From assembly GCA_040954595.2 (NCBI GenBank), contig CM082577.2, positions 11,379,654 through 11,443,653 on the forward strand: 64,000 bases of DNA, in the 5' to 3' direction. The position numbers were made by a program, and so were the translations under genes. This document shows, one piece after another, positions 23,059 to 37,400 of the stretch. This DNA comes from Balanoglossus misakiensis. Lineage: Eukaryota; Animalia; Hemichordata. Under the pieces are notes generated by a model. That model saw nothing but the letters and a program-made list of their open reading frames with translations. It was not told where the DNA came from and ran no database searches. Position 1 is the stretch's first letter. Every line of letters starts with the position of its first letter.

Positions 23059-25639
23059 GTACAGAGACGGCAGTGTTTTTTAGAACCATGGTTTCCTTCA
23101 CCTTTCCCAGGACGTGGTGACTCGACTGAAGTCTCTGCCAAAACCAAGTTTGTACATAAACAGACAGTGACAGAAACTTTTTAAGAAAGAAGAAATGTAT
23201 TTTATTGCATTTTCGTTGCGCATATTTAGAGTAATTTAACATACTCCCTCATCTCCCTGTTTCTGTGATTTGGAAAACCATTTTGTCCTTCGATGTCAGA
23301 AACTGGGGGACAGATCTTGATTATGTTTGGATTTCTTTCACAGGAGAAGAAGTCTGTAATACATTTCATTGTCTGTTTTGTAATTTGTGAAGAATTATGT
23401 ACACCGATTTACTAGTCAGCAAAAAGGGAAATAAATTTTATCATTTCAGTAAAAATCACTCTTGATTCCAAGGTTGTTATTGATGATGTGGAGAATGCCT
23501 GTGTGCATTTCCCACCAAATCACAATATTGCTATATTTTTGTGAAATCTGCATTTGGAACAAGTAATCCCCTAACCTACCCAAAATATATAACACTGTAT
23601 TGCCTTCATCAAATTCAATCAAGGAATTCGATGATCACCATAAACCAGAAGGTGCCTGGGAACACTCCCTGACAACCATGCTACTTGATTGTGAGTGAGT
23701 ACAAATGTCATAGAAAACTAGCTCACCAAAATGCATAACGGCAGCAATGGCTGCTCATTGTGAGATTTGGTGAGACTTCGTTGATTATCATAGCAATGGG
23801 TTGGTACCCATTGAAAACAGTCAAGCTTTGTGTGAAACTCGACATACATTCTGCCAAAAGTTAGCCGGAAAAGCGGGCCAGATTCAAGACTACAACAAAT
23901 GGGGATAATTATTTCACTTTGGGGGGGGGGGGGGGGGGGGCGCCGGTATAGCGCCCTCTATAGCTATATGTTTACCGGGGGGGGGGTTACACGTAAAGAG
24001 CTCTGTGGCCAATAATAGTTGGTGAAAATACCTACTTGAAGCTTTTGGACCTACATGCGATAGACATGATATTTCATTTATGAAACAAAATGCGCGGCCA
24101 AAAGTGTCACAAGTTTACATTTGTAACCGAAAGTTTGCATGTTCAGACGTGTATATTTTTGGTGCATGTATTGTGACGTTTACAAAAATCAGGTCATTTT
24201 TTTTTATTGTGAAGTATTTGCGTTGCATCATGCAACATTTCAGGGTTTTTTTCTTTCATTTTACATGTTTTGTTTGCTACGAATTCAGCATTGATATCAC
24301 CAAACAAACTTTCGGGAGGGCGGAGCTAAGAATTCTGAGCTATAAAGCGACATAAGCTTATATGACGTCAGCGATGATTTAATCAAATTGTATAATGGGT
24401 TGACAGCGAAACTATGGTGCGGTCTTAAATAACCATTTATGAGTGACCCAAAAGTATTTAGGCCTTTGTACTTTTGGGTGGTACCACTTACATGTATAAT
24501 CTATAGGTCTGGCGGGTCGTGTTCATGGGGTTGGGTCACACCCCAGAAGGACACCCGCGTTCACCGGAGTTGCTGTGCTGACAGATTACAACAGCGCAAG
24601 TTGGCGATAACAAAATGGACGACGAAATCAACAGACGACATCCGCGAGAAATGTAGGAAGTCGGTTTATAGTGGAAAATAAAAAAAGCGCCGATTTTACA
24701 TGTGTAGGCTACGCGAAGGAACTATACAACTAGTACTAGTAGTATTATTCTGGTCACCGTACTGGATAAAAACTTCCGTCACCTTTCAAGATGTGAACGT
24801 AGTTTTCACTGTTACTAAAATTTATCAGACATTGATATATTTCCTCGTGACTGACCGACATAAATCTCTTCGAATGATTTTTGAGTGTGACAGCCATGCT
24901 TGAAACAAGCATGATAAACTGACACGGGAAAACTGGCGTGGAACATTTTATGGCCCCTAGCCACATCCGTAAGCTATATTCATAAAGTGGATTTAATGCT
25001 ATTAATACCAGAATATGACATTAAATTGATTTTACAGTCTACTCGTATACCCGATGTCGCCCTTTCGACGAGAGAGCGACGGAAAAGTGATTTTACACTT
25101 ATACGTGTAACTTTTTTTTAAGGAAAATGTATATCTGTTAGCACAAACTACAGCACAGTTGTAGGCCTACATGTAAATCAGTTCACGTCTACACCCAGTG
25201 CTGTAAATATAATGGCAAGAGAAAACGACTTGCACACTTCAGACATGTACTCAGAGATGAAGACGTTTTACAGTCGACGTCGACGTCGGTCCTTGCGCGT
25301 GTAACAGGTGGCACCGTGCAATTATGTAGGAGTCACGTGAGGGCTTCCTACGGTCGACGTCAGACAAACTCAAATATTTTGAGATTATGACGTCACTCTC
25401 ACAGCCACTCTCGTTGCTCGGTAAAGTACACAAACAGAGGGCATTATACCCGCTATTTTATATACAGCACACAGTGAAATAATTCTGGGTTGACCCCAAC
25501 CATACAGACATCACTATACTGTCTATGCGCCAACCTAGACATTTGCACTGGCATTCACTCGATTCTTGTAAATCAACGGGCGGCTAACGACATTGATGTG
25601 ATGAAACTATAAAGCCCCGACTTCCCGATTTAATTAACT

Positions 25640-25876
25640 TTAAGGTATATCGGTCCCCTCTCTAATTTATACATGTATACTAGTACATGTATATGGTCAA
25701 TATGGTCAAAAGGACTTGGGCAGTCTTCAGATGGCCATGTCGCGGGCGCACGCATTTTTTCGCCTGTGCCACCCACTGAAATTCTATGATTGATTTAGGC
25801 CTATATGTCTCGATCATTTTCCCATGGTAACAGTGGTTTAATTTGCATAGGCGACCGTATATTTTTTTTTTATTAA
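25640..25876. mobile_element. Degenerate Kolobok-like MITE copy
   Basis: Starts TTAAGGTATA; shares TGTGCCACCCACTGAAA..TGATTG..CCATGGTAAC with 29374-29566. Confidence 0.5.
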
Positions 25877-27589
25877 AGTGCGGTGTTTCTCAAAGCTGTG
25901 TCTGCCTTAATTCCGATGCGGTCGCGCCTTTCTATCACAACTCGATCATTTCTCTATTATTGGCCTCTTCTGGCAATATGTGCAAGGACATTTTTTCATA
26001 CATAAGACTTAAATAGTGTGAAACAAATCTTATAGAAGAAGACTCGTGGAAAACTCTGGAGAAATCCCAATCATTAAAGAGCCTCGCGTTTTTTTTACTG
26101 CAAACGCCGAGACACCGGTCCTCTCTGGTACACGGCTTGTGCGGATCGTCACGGTGGCAACGCATTTCTGTATGATCGCATATTTCTTCGTCAAATGAAT
26201 ATTTTTCTTTTTCTCACAAATACCTATATGTCGACAGTTCAAATATATAGCATTTTTTTGAAAATCTGAATCGAGTTGCACCAATCCGGTGGTGGTAACG
26301 CACAGAAATTATGAGTTCTATGCGTATTCATTTGTAGTACATTGTACATTTAATTTTAATAGCGGTGATGTAATTGGACCATTGTTCATACGGGAATTCG
26401 TGAAAATGCATGGAATTTATAGCATTCAAGCTCACGAATATGTACATTTTTAAGAAAGTGGTTTTAAAGCAATGATATGAAACAAATGACAGTTCTATGT
26501 ACAGATGCAGATGTAGGCTAGCTACCGTCTAGCTATACTTCAAGAAGATTTACAACCAAGTCTGTCGGGTCACCGGGAAATCTAAAACTGACGTGAAATT
26601 TCAGTGTCAATAGTAAATGATGAATAAAAATTGATACAAACTGTAATGTCAACAATTTGTATAAATTATTACATTTGATTTAGGGCCTACTGGCTATAGA
26701 ATAAATATTCGTCATCAGCCCTGGAAACGGGAAACCCGGCATGGAATGATTCGTGACGACCGTGTCGGAGCAGATACAAAGCCGGGTGGTCAAAACATAA
26801 AGCTATACGTCGTATGATGACGTTTTACATTGTAAAAATTGAAAGGCACTGTTTATGAATATGTCAATATTGAACTATAAACACAAGCTCTGCCACAGAA
26901 CGACAATTATAGTAACATGACGCCACAAGTCTCGTGAATGGGTGGATACTGATCCCATCCTTCGAGAGGAAAAATGCAACAGGCGGCGCGCGCCCCCATC
27001 CTTGCTCGCTATGTTCAGCCCGAAGCTCCCTGAAAACGGTCGTGGAATTAGCTAATTAAACCCGACTTTTAATCATCCACTTCTTTTGTCTTTACGAAAT
27101 AAGTAAAATTGATTGTTAATAATTCATTGTCACGCGTATATTTATTGATGTAGAAACCACGTGCTACACGGCCCTCCCTTGTCTGTAAAATGGCATAAAA
27201 ATGAACACTTTCGCAACTTGCCAGTTCTACCAATGAACTTAAGTCCGAAAGAAAATTGGCTGATGCGGATAAATCCTATACTTAAATACATCAAAAGAAT
27301 TTTAACTTTATGCAGAGGGGGGAGGCGGGGTAAAAATAGACATGTCGATATCAAGCTACACTTCTTTTAGAAATAGGCTACAATAGAAATTGGACAGGAC
27401 TGAACTCACATTCACTCACAATTATAACCTTTAATCTGAATAATTTACGTTTAATTTCCAGAACTATTACTTTAATCTAAATTTGAAATGCAGCTTAATG
27501 TGTTAGTAATTGTTAATTTTTTGTAAATATTCATTTTTGACCCGCGGTATCATAGATCATACGGGTACAGTATGAAAAGCGGGTGGGAT

Positions 27590-28500
27590 GACGATGATTG
27601 CGCGTCGCGTCGCGCGTCTAGAAGTTTGAGCTGATTTGAAAGTACCGAACAGCACCACTATCCTCCAAATCCCTCCGCATCAAATATTGATACTTTCTCA
27701 AGTAATTATCTCCAGAATAACAATACAAAGGCACAGGATATTGCGATAAATAATATTGAAATCGTTATATTAAACTAATCTTTCATTCTGTGACACTTTC
27801 TGCACAGCTCATCACTCTCTGTTTGGCACTACTTTTCTGGGGATGGCGCGTCGATATACCACTGAAGACGGTGAAATCGAGGCGCTATTGCCTTAGCTGC
27901 GTGAATTGTTTTGGAGGCGTAAACAGAAACCCCTATTCAACGCGCCGTTTATCGACCGGCGCATGGTAACTGGCTGATCGGCCTATTCAACCCATTCATG
28001 AGACATCCTCCACACATCTCCCAGTGGTGCAGCGCTGGGCTTCTCTGTTTCCACTCTCACCGCAGATGAGTTGACGATCATATGCTGTAAAACAAGGTAA
28101 GCCATGCCGCGATACAATAACAAAGCCAGTGTCATGGAAACGGGATGGGATTCTCGTACGTGAACTCCACCGTTCAGCGCCCGTGAAAGTGAGAGCGTTT
28201 TTAACTGAGCGTGTGTGTGTATGTACGTGTGTGACTAGTTGCACAGACGAACGAATACCGTGATCAGACTGGCCGTCAACCCAGCGAGAGCAACGAAAAA
28301 GAGTGGATTTCACGGCTCAGTAGTTTAATGACAGTTTCCCCATTTTCGCGACACTGCACTTGCTGGTGCGCGACTCTCCGTCGCAACGGACGCTGTGTGT
28401 ATTTGACGGGTGTAGTGTGTTATGTACCGCAGTAAGGTCATAGTGACGGTATGAATCATTTGAGGTCAGTGGTCGCCGTGCTCCGCCGTTTTATTTATCT
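27590..28500 (+). promoter_or_regulatory. CpG-rich putative NCX promoter with candidate non-coding first exon(s)
   Basis: Local CpG enrichment; donor-like sites AAG|GTAAGC (after 28096) and GCA|GTAAGG (after 28431); matching acceptor TTTGCAG ends at 31422, upstream of the NCX ATG. Confidence 0.45.
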
Positions 28501-29113
28501 AGCAATTTAGCAATTGTACTCTAATCGCGGTGATAACTTCACATTTCAACCAAGCAGTAGTCTGACTCGACCATTACATCATAGGAAAATGCCACATCGA
28601 AATTTGATACAAATGTTTGACACAATGTTGAATTTACCGATCTGTTGGGAAAATTTCCGACTCTCTGACTTTGTACAATGTTATTTATCGCCTGCCAGTG
28701 TGGTATGATCGGAAGGGGATATCAAGTTCCCAAAGATGAGTGAGGAAAACACCACAGCAGATTCCAACAAGATAGATGTCAAGTCACTTCACTCAAAAAA
28801 TGTTTCTATAAATGTCTCAAACACCTCCAAAGTGTATTCTAATAGTTATAATTAGGGCCCCACCTTCCCCAAAACATTAGACTTTTAGATCATGTATTAT
28901 ACTTGGACCGAGGATTTCAAAAGCCCGACCAACACCCAATGTAATAAAAACATGCATATTTCGAATACCTGTTTTTCGCATATTTGCACCCTGGCCATCA
29001 GCGTGACACCCATGAACGTAGGCTACCCCAGAGTAAAATAGCAATGGAGCCAAATGACACTTTTTCTCTAGTGTTTTTGAAAAGTGTCGATGTTCACCCT
29101 AGCCTTAAACCCT

Positions 29114-29651
29114 TTAAAGGGCCATGCACATATCTGTAACTTCTGACCATTTTTTTCAGTATTTTAGTTTTGTTTATCAAATACATTTTTTGTTCATATA
29201 TCCGAACACGCCCAGTTTTCTGCTTGTCAACAAGTTATGTGTTATCATTGTTATTATTGACAAGTGTATTCAAGTCCTGACTTGAATACAATTTTTAAAC
29301 AATAATAATTGTGATTGATTGTGCATATACAGGCTCATGTATATGTATGTTGGGAAGATTAACAATTACACATTTAAAGGTATACAGTCATCTCCAATTT
29401 ACATACGCCCATATATGGCTAAAATGACGTATTTGAGCGTTCTAAAAAAGCATATGGTGGCGCTCTTTTTTCGCGTGTGCCACCCACTGAAAATCTGTGA
29501 TTGGCTAGATCTCAATTTGCCATGGTAACTAGAGCTAATTTTCCATAGATGACTGTATACCTTTAACCCTGCCTCAAGTAGCTGAGCAAGCAACCATCAT
29601 GGTTGGCACATAGAATAAAATACTGAAAAGTTGCAGATAGTGAGCCTTTAA
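29114..29651. mobile_element. Older TTAA-flanked Kolobok-like element hosting a nested insertion
   Basis: Imperfect inverted ends TTAAAGGGC..TATCTGTAACTT..CAGTATTTTA / TAAAATACTG..AAGTTGCAGATA..GCCTTTAA. Confidence 0.5.
29374..29566. mobile_element. Kolobok-like MITE (TTAA TSD)
   Basis: Perfect inverted ends TTAAAGGTATACAGTCATCT / AGATGACTGTATACCTTTAA; related sequence at 25640-25876 and an inverted fragment near 44043-44095. Confidence 0.72.
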
Positions 29652-31494
29652 TTAATACAATGGATTCAGTACATTTATTTCTAGAACCTTGTTGGATGAT
29701 GTACCATGGGCCTATGCCTGTGTAGTACATGCAACCATAATTCCACTTGAGGGAGTGTATGTCATATGGTTGAGGTCAAGTAATTACACATGAGTTTGCT
29801 AAATGTAGCCAGCGTTAATAAAAACTTCACTTCAAAGGGCATTTCTATTAAGCAAAAGCAATTGCTATGTACACGAGACAGTCAATGGTGCCTGCAGCAC
29901 TCTTGGTTTGATATACAGACATGTGATATACTTGTATAGGAAGACTTGAAGTTGAAACACTTCAAAGGGTTATTAACTCATAGAATTTGAAGTTGAAACA
30001 CTGTGTGTGGAGTGTCCAGGACACTCATAAAAATTGACCCTTAGTAAAAAAAAGGGACATACCCTAAATACCACAAACCCGACTGGCTATACACTCAGCT
30101 CTTAAGCAATTATGGCAACCCTGGGCACAGACAAGGGTCTGTGTGGTGTGGGAGATACATGTAATTGTATCAGCACTTGACTCCACTGTTTATAGTACAA
30201 ACTTGCTGAAAGTTGCACTGGAAGTCTACATGTAGGTCACAGTTCTGTTTAGGATTTGCGACAGATCTGTTGGATTATGGCAACGAAAACAATAATTTTC
30301 AGAAAAAAATTCATTGTAAAACAAGATGTTTGGAATTTTATTGCTGTGATAGATTATTTATTGCCGTATGATGCTTAAACTTTGATCAAAATAGACTGCC
30401 TTATCTAGAGCTTAGTAAAGCCAATATGTCATGCCATCGATGCATGCAGAACATCATTCTTTCAAATTCATACAATAACTAGAGGGCAAACTTAAAGAAA
30501 ATTTCTAGACCGACTCAAGAGCCTCATTAAAAAGCTTGTCTGACCAAACCTACACCACATGTGCCTTCCCACCTTTCTCCTATAATGGTTTGACCCATTT
30601 GGGAACGGAAAAATAAAGTTCTCAAGTGTCACTGAAAAGTCTTATTCTTGAATTGAAGGGCTTGAATTGAGGGGAAAACGATACTGGTAGAATGAATATT
30701 CTTATATTTTTACTGGTACCCTGCCATAATGGCTTCATCGTGATTTAGTACATTTTATTGCTTCATGAGATGCCCGAGCAAACATTTTTTTGTCATGTGA
30801 TATGTGTTTTTTAAACCATTCAGTATATAATGTACTAAGATTATAAGAAGCATCATAAAAACAGAGAAATTTATACCAGTGGCTGGTAAAATTTAACCTC
30901 GCCCTATTTTTGCTTGCTTAACCCGAAAGATTGAATCATGTTACCAATATTTTATTTCTGATTTCGAAGTGCAAGTGGGGTGTGAAGTGGGACAACGACT
31001 TAAAATTAAACTCTTAGACAGGTATCAATTTCTTGTGAGAGATTTATATTTCAGAGAATCCATTTTCGTGAAATAACCTCCAAGTATTTTATATCTTCAC
31101 CTGTTGTATTGACAACAAACTTTCACAGTCTGAGTGAGAGATTAGTAGAGCATTAGTTATGGAAATTAAGTGTTTAACTTTGTTTAATAATGGGGCTCTT
31201 ATCAAGTACATGTTAACGATCTGCTAGTGATGGTAACAGCCGTCTAAATAGTATGCCAGTGCTTTAACATGAAAGGGGATCTCCGTGACAACCAGAATAT
31301 TCCCCTGTAAGATCAGACTCAAGAGAGTTTCACAAATTGTCATTTATTTTTAAAACACGAAATTTCAAACACCAAGATTTCTAAATTCTAATAACAAACA
31401 TGTTATTTTGCTTACTTTGCAGATTTTTCATCACGAATTGCGTGCAGATTATTTTTCCTCCTTGTGTGAACTCATTTGACCTGATACAAAAACC

Positions 31495-34400
31495 ATGTCT
31501 AACGATACAGACCCTGACGCATACTTCTGCTATGACAAAGGGATCCTCCTGCCCTTGATAAACGAGTCGACATGGTCGAGGGGAGGCCGCGCCACAATCT
31601 ACATCATCGGCCTGCTCTGGAGTTTTATGGGCGTCTCCATCATCGCCGACGTCTTCATGTGTGCCATCGAGGTCATCACCAGCAAGAGCAAGACGGTGAA
31701 GGTGGCCAACCCCCGGAAGGAGGGCGGCGTGGAGGAGGTCGAGATCCGCGTGTGGAACAGCACGGTGGCCAACCTGACTCTGATGGCGCTGGGATCCAGC
31801 GCCCCCGAGATCCTGCTCTCCGTCATCGAGATCATCGGCAACAACTTCTACTCCGGCGAGCTGGGACCCAGCACCATCGTGGGCTCGGCCGCCTTCAACC
31901 TGCTGGTCATCAGCGCCATCTGCGTCATGACCATCCCCAAGGGCAGCAAGAGCACCATCCGTCTGTTCAAGGTGTTCTGCCTGACCGCCTTCTTCTGCAT
32001 CTTCGCCTACGTGTGGCTGTACCTGGTGCTGGCGGTCAGTTCGCCGGACGTGGTCAGCCTGTGGGAGGCCATCTTCACGTTGCTCTGCTTCCCGGTTCTC
32101 GTCATACTGGCGTTCATCGCCGACAAGGATTACTGCGGGAAGAAGGAGCCGGAGCGGGATACGGAATTGGCCTTAGGAGTCGGTAGGTATTCCATCAATT
32201 ATCCATCACCCAATTTTCCTATTATTGAACATTACATTTTAATTACAAGTTTGACTAAAACCTCTGTCAACTGAAACACTATCTGTTACAAACCGGTATA
32301 TGCATATATATGTAAACTGTTGTGGATAACCATCAGAATAAAAGTTAAAATCTTTTCAAAATGACATAAAATCTAGATTCAGTGTACTACATACATGTAG
32401 GATGTTATGGACTACCCGTACAGTCTAGAGAATGTGATTATGGGAAATTGGCAGTATCAGATTGATATCAGAAAGTTGGGACTCTGATAAAAAATGATCA
32501 GTGAGTTTTATTGAAAAGTACCCATAAACTACTTCAATTTTCAGTTTGAGACGACCTTATAAAAAACAGCAATGAACAGAACTGTTTTTCTGACTTTTTT
32601 TTTGTAAGTGTAGTGTTTCTAATTTGCAGCAGGGAGTTCATGTGGTTGAATTTCAAGATAACATGCACACCTACTTCAGACAAATTTCTAAACAGTCTAA
32701 GCAAATAATATGATGTAACCCGTTTGTGAATTACAATAAGAGTTTTGATAGTTACAAATTACAGTGTGTGCGTGGTTAGTTATTCAGCAGCAGCTTTCAA
32801 GCTCCAACAAGTAGTTGTGAGGTGTAGATTGAATCCCAAACAGCTTGTTAAAATTATGTCCCGCCTTTATTGTAAGACTTGCAAAAATTATCAATCCCAT
32901 TTGTCAATCGATGTACTGAAGCTGAAACTGCGGACTGTAGAAGCCCTTCAAATTACACACAAATGCCGTACAGTAGAACTGCAATTGGATTAGTTCGTTC
33001 AATTGAGTCAACCGCAATGAGATTATGGCGTGCAGACGATTACAGCAGCCCTCTTCGCGTGGGTTGTGATGATCAGTTCGCGGCTTATATTGCTTGCACA
33101 CTGGGTATTGAATTGACAGTGATGCTGTCATTTGGCAATTGGCAGTCTTGAGGACAGCACTCAATGTGTGAAAGTATGTAGTCGAGAAGAATTCACGCTG
33201 TCTTCTTGAGTAGGAGAGGAAAGCCACGTCTCTCCATTTCATTTTGGTCTTGAGTCCTGCCACTCTGAGAGTGCCCGGCTAATGGGCGCTGTGTGCAGTA
33301 ACTCTTACGTTGTCAGCTGCGATTTGGTATTACATGTACTTGTACAGTGGGAGCTTGTGAGATCAGTTGGCATCTAGTTTGTCTATCTGTCTGTCTCTCT
33401 GTGTATGTGCGTGTGTGTGTATGTCATGTATGTGTGTAGGTACCGGTATGTAGTTAGGAATGTATGTATGTAAAAACTTGGGAACTATGCTCATCACATA
33501 CCTGGGTTTTGGTGTATAGATACCTGCTGGACACCATGATGGGATTTTGTTCAAATAAATTTCTTGTCCAATTTCTTAAACATTTAGTTGAATGGTCCTG
33601 GAGTATTGTCAGTATTATTGTATAAATGATGGCAAAAGTAGTTGTTTCATTTCAATGAAAAAAAGTCTTTCTTTTTTTTTTTCAGAAACTACTAATCGAT
33701 TTTCTTTGAACCGTTTGAATTTATTCATCTCTTAAATCCCAGTGTTACACAGCTCTACATGTAATGCCCAAGGTGCCCTTGTGGGGTTTGTGTTGGAAAT
33801 TGATCAGTGTGATTCCAAAAATAGCTGAAACACAATGTATATTTCCAGCTTGAGCGTCACAATTCTGAGCAAATGGGAGCGCAGTGTCCTTGACCCTTTT
33901 TTTAAATGTGTGTTTGCTGGTTTCCATGGAAACCACCAACCTCGCATGGTTTTAAATTAGAGGGAGTTTGTCTGATTGATACACACATTGCCGCGTTGGT
34001 TGCTTGGGAAATCGGTGACAGCAACTGTCAGGGCACATAAATGAAAGGATAATTATTTGAAAAATCGGCCCGTTGCGGAATCATTCTTCCTAATGAAGGG
34101 GGGAGATTTATTGTGTAACTGTCAACACGATTCGCGTTACTTTGCAGTTATTTATAGCAGACATGAGGTTCGCATGTAGATTGAATGGTTACATGTGTGC
34201 AGTGTACCCGTCTAAGCCCATATGACGCGCCAAGTGACTCCACAAACTCACTGGTGACTCAAGAAAATTATCCACACTGTATGCAAAGTTATATAGGGCT
34301 GACTCAGAGGCTCAGAATTTTTTTTAGAAATCCTAAAATTGACTCAAAGCTTTTATAAATTATGTTTGTTAGAGGGTACACTTGTTGGGTGCGTCTAGAA

Positions 34401-37400
34401 CAATCCTTAACAACAGACCTGCTCAGGTGAAATTTGCTTTATTGGACTTATCGAAATTTTTTATGTTTGCTGTCAAGTATAATAATGAGGGCAAGGTCAC
34501 TTTAATTACCTTTTACCTAAAGCCAGACTGTTGAACAGGCAATAAAAACTCTTACCAGTTGTCAAGTGTGTGCAATGTCTCTGCGGCTACTGTTTGCAAC
34601 TTCCCATTGTAATACAAACTCCCGCACCTGGTTACCTTGAAATGTCAAAGTTACTACATGTATGTACGGCCAACACCCTTCTAAGGTTCCTAATACAAGC
34701 TGTCATGTCAATTAGGAATTTTACGTAACTAAACTTCAAACTCAAAGGATGGGTGCATTTGGAGAAAAACTCCAGACTACACACATAACCCACACAACAC
34801 ACTGTAAACTTTCTGAATGAGTCTCACGTACAACCCATCAGTCGGTTCATCTACCTCATTGAAAATGTCAAACACTGGTGACAGGAAAGTCGGCAAGCCG
34901 TTGTGAGCAATGGATTCAGGAGACGGGCTTTGCTTTCTTTCTCACTTGTAATTGCGGCGTGTTTTTGCATACTAATTTGGATGCGAATGTGTGTAGTGCT
35001 GGAACTATTGTGTTGCTAACCAAATTTATGGAGTGCCCGGTTACCGTTGATTTGTTTGTGCGTTGGCAGACACACCCACTGAATTAAAATATGCCTTACA
35101 GATAATTGCCAGAGTAAATATTTGCCAACCCAATTTATTATTATGGCCTGTGTGTTGTTGTATTAGCAGTTCATTATGAGTACACAAACTTTATTATCCA
35201 AGCAGTGATTAAGATATCTTCCTGCAGAAAACTTAAACAACTTACATAATTGACAAAGTTAGTAAAGTAAATGAGGAGAAAATGTATTTATAGCTTTCGT
35301 GTTTAGCCGAAGAAAATTTCATAGAGGCAGGGTGTGGTTCATGTACATCCTGAGCTGAAAAAAATATGGGTGTGAAAAACTTCTGCGGTTGCTTCCTGTG
35401 GAAGGAAACATTGTGATATGTTTATAAAAACCAAGTACCATGTAACAGCCTTCGTTTTTGGCTCGTTGAATTTTTGTGGTGGAAATTTCAAGCATCATGC
35501 AGTCACTCGCGCAAAACTCACCCTGATAGATGCAGAGACCAAAGTACGATTGAACCAGCATCACAGAATTAATATTATGATTTACTGTTCTCAGATGTTT
35601 TCCACCAGAATTTTATAACACGAAATTACACTCGACCAAAGGTTATATTTTGTACAGCCTGTCAATGATTAATGCGTTCAGGTTACAGGACGTGGCTATT
35701 TACGTCACTGGCGACACTCGCATCTAATTTCGTGAAAATTGAAACGGCCTTAATACTACACGTACCTGTTGAACAAGGTGCTTTGTGATTGTCACTATAC
35801 AGAGTTTACCGCTAATTGCCTAGCAACCTGGCTTGAAACATTTATTCTTAGACTTAGTCCACAGGGGTGTAATGTACAGTGTTTCAGTGCCTGCAGTGTA
35901 AACGTGGTGGCGTGCCACTACTACGGTTGTCAAGGGAACATTGTTTTCCCGGGAAAGCTGCCTCACATCACAAGTAGAATGATGGAAGCTACATGTATGC
36001 TAGGTGTACATTGGGTGTGTGGTACATACAAAAGAAGCAATGTACACTTTGTTTTGTAAAGACCAGTTGACAGAAGCTGAAGTTTGTACATGTGTGCATA
36101 GTCTTGGATGTTTTCAGGAATAAAATTTCAAGTTGTGATTCCATTAATTTTACTGGTAATTTGTCACGGTCGTGAAAAGTGGGCAGGGACAATTTGTGTG
36201 TCTGTGTGTCAGGGCACAACCTTTGTTTTTACATGTATAGCAACCATCTTGTGGAGTGTGACAGATTACCCCAAAGAGCATTTCCTGAAGAAGGTTTGCC
36301 TGTTATAATAATTCCTTCATGTACCGGTACATGTACATGTACATGTAGGTCCACCCACCATAACTTCTACATTTAACCCATAACACAGCAACTAATCGTA
36401 ATAATGAAGGCTTCCCCTGTCAAGTCACTGACTGCCGTATATGATTGACAAATTTAACAGCATTTCATTTCATTTCAGGCAGATCTAAACCATCACACAT
36501 GAGACGTATATAATCATGGAAAATGTTCAATTTTATTTTCAGATGATACTAAGACTCTCAGCAATAGAATAAGTCCTGAACTAGAAGTTATGCATATGCA
36601 CCAAGGTATTAACCTGCATGGGTATATTAATTATAGATGTGATTGGTTTTTCTATGTTGCATGTCGTCACGTACTAATGTTACTAACATCTCTTTCAACA
36701 AGTGTTTGGATGTGCACGGCTAGAGAGAGCATCCAATTCCCTGCCATGCATTCATATTCCGACATTCCCCTACACGATTTTCCAGTTTACGGTAATTCCA
36801 TGCGAGAGAGAGAGGGGGGGAGGGGAGGAGAGAGAGAGGAAGGGAGGGAGGGAAAGAGAGGGAGGGAAAGGGAAAGAAGGAGGGAGGGAGAGAGAGGAGA
36901 GAGGGAGAAGGTATAAAGAGTGAGAAGAGAGAGAGAGAGAGAGAGGGGGGGGGGAGATGTTTTATCCATGAAATGCAATAATTAAACACCAAACCTTTGC
37001 ATAATTGTCCGGCAACTTTGTGTTGTTTCTGTCCGAATGTTTCAGCAGTTTTCAGTTTCTATGTTTCAACACCTAACTGACAACATACATGTACATGTAG
37101 TTTCTGTTGGGGTTAAAGGTTGGATATGTGTGTCCCTCTTTCAGGACCTATACCCTTTGCTACATGCTTCAAAACCTCTGTCTGTGTTTACTGTTTTGTT
37201 CGTTCTATTGTAATTTATTGAAGCGTTTCTGAAACATGCTGTCAGTAAGTGGTTCAACATTTGGAACCCAACCAGAAACTCAAATTTTGAAACATGACCT
37301 TCCCATGATTCTTTGTATCATCTTCTGGCTTTCATATTTAAACAGAAACTTATTATTTATGGAATAAAAAAGGTGTGAGCATTTTGTCGAGCACCCAAAT

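Noticed and set aside
25501-25527. Tiny CATA(CA)GAC...GTCTATG hairpin (similar one at ~58625-58663) as a P-like element remnant
   Set aside because: Too short and flanking duplications imperfect; cannot be distinguished from chance.
31572-32186. Long alternative-frame and antisense ORFs over NCX exons (also 45292-45738, 49652-50012) and over the SUN exon
   Set aside because: Shadow ORFs explained by GC-rich codon usage of the real frame.
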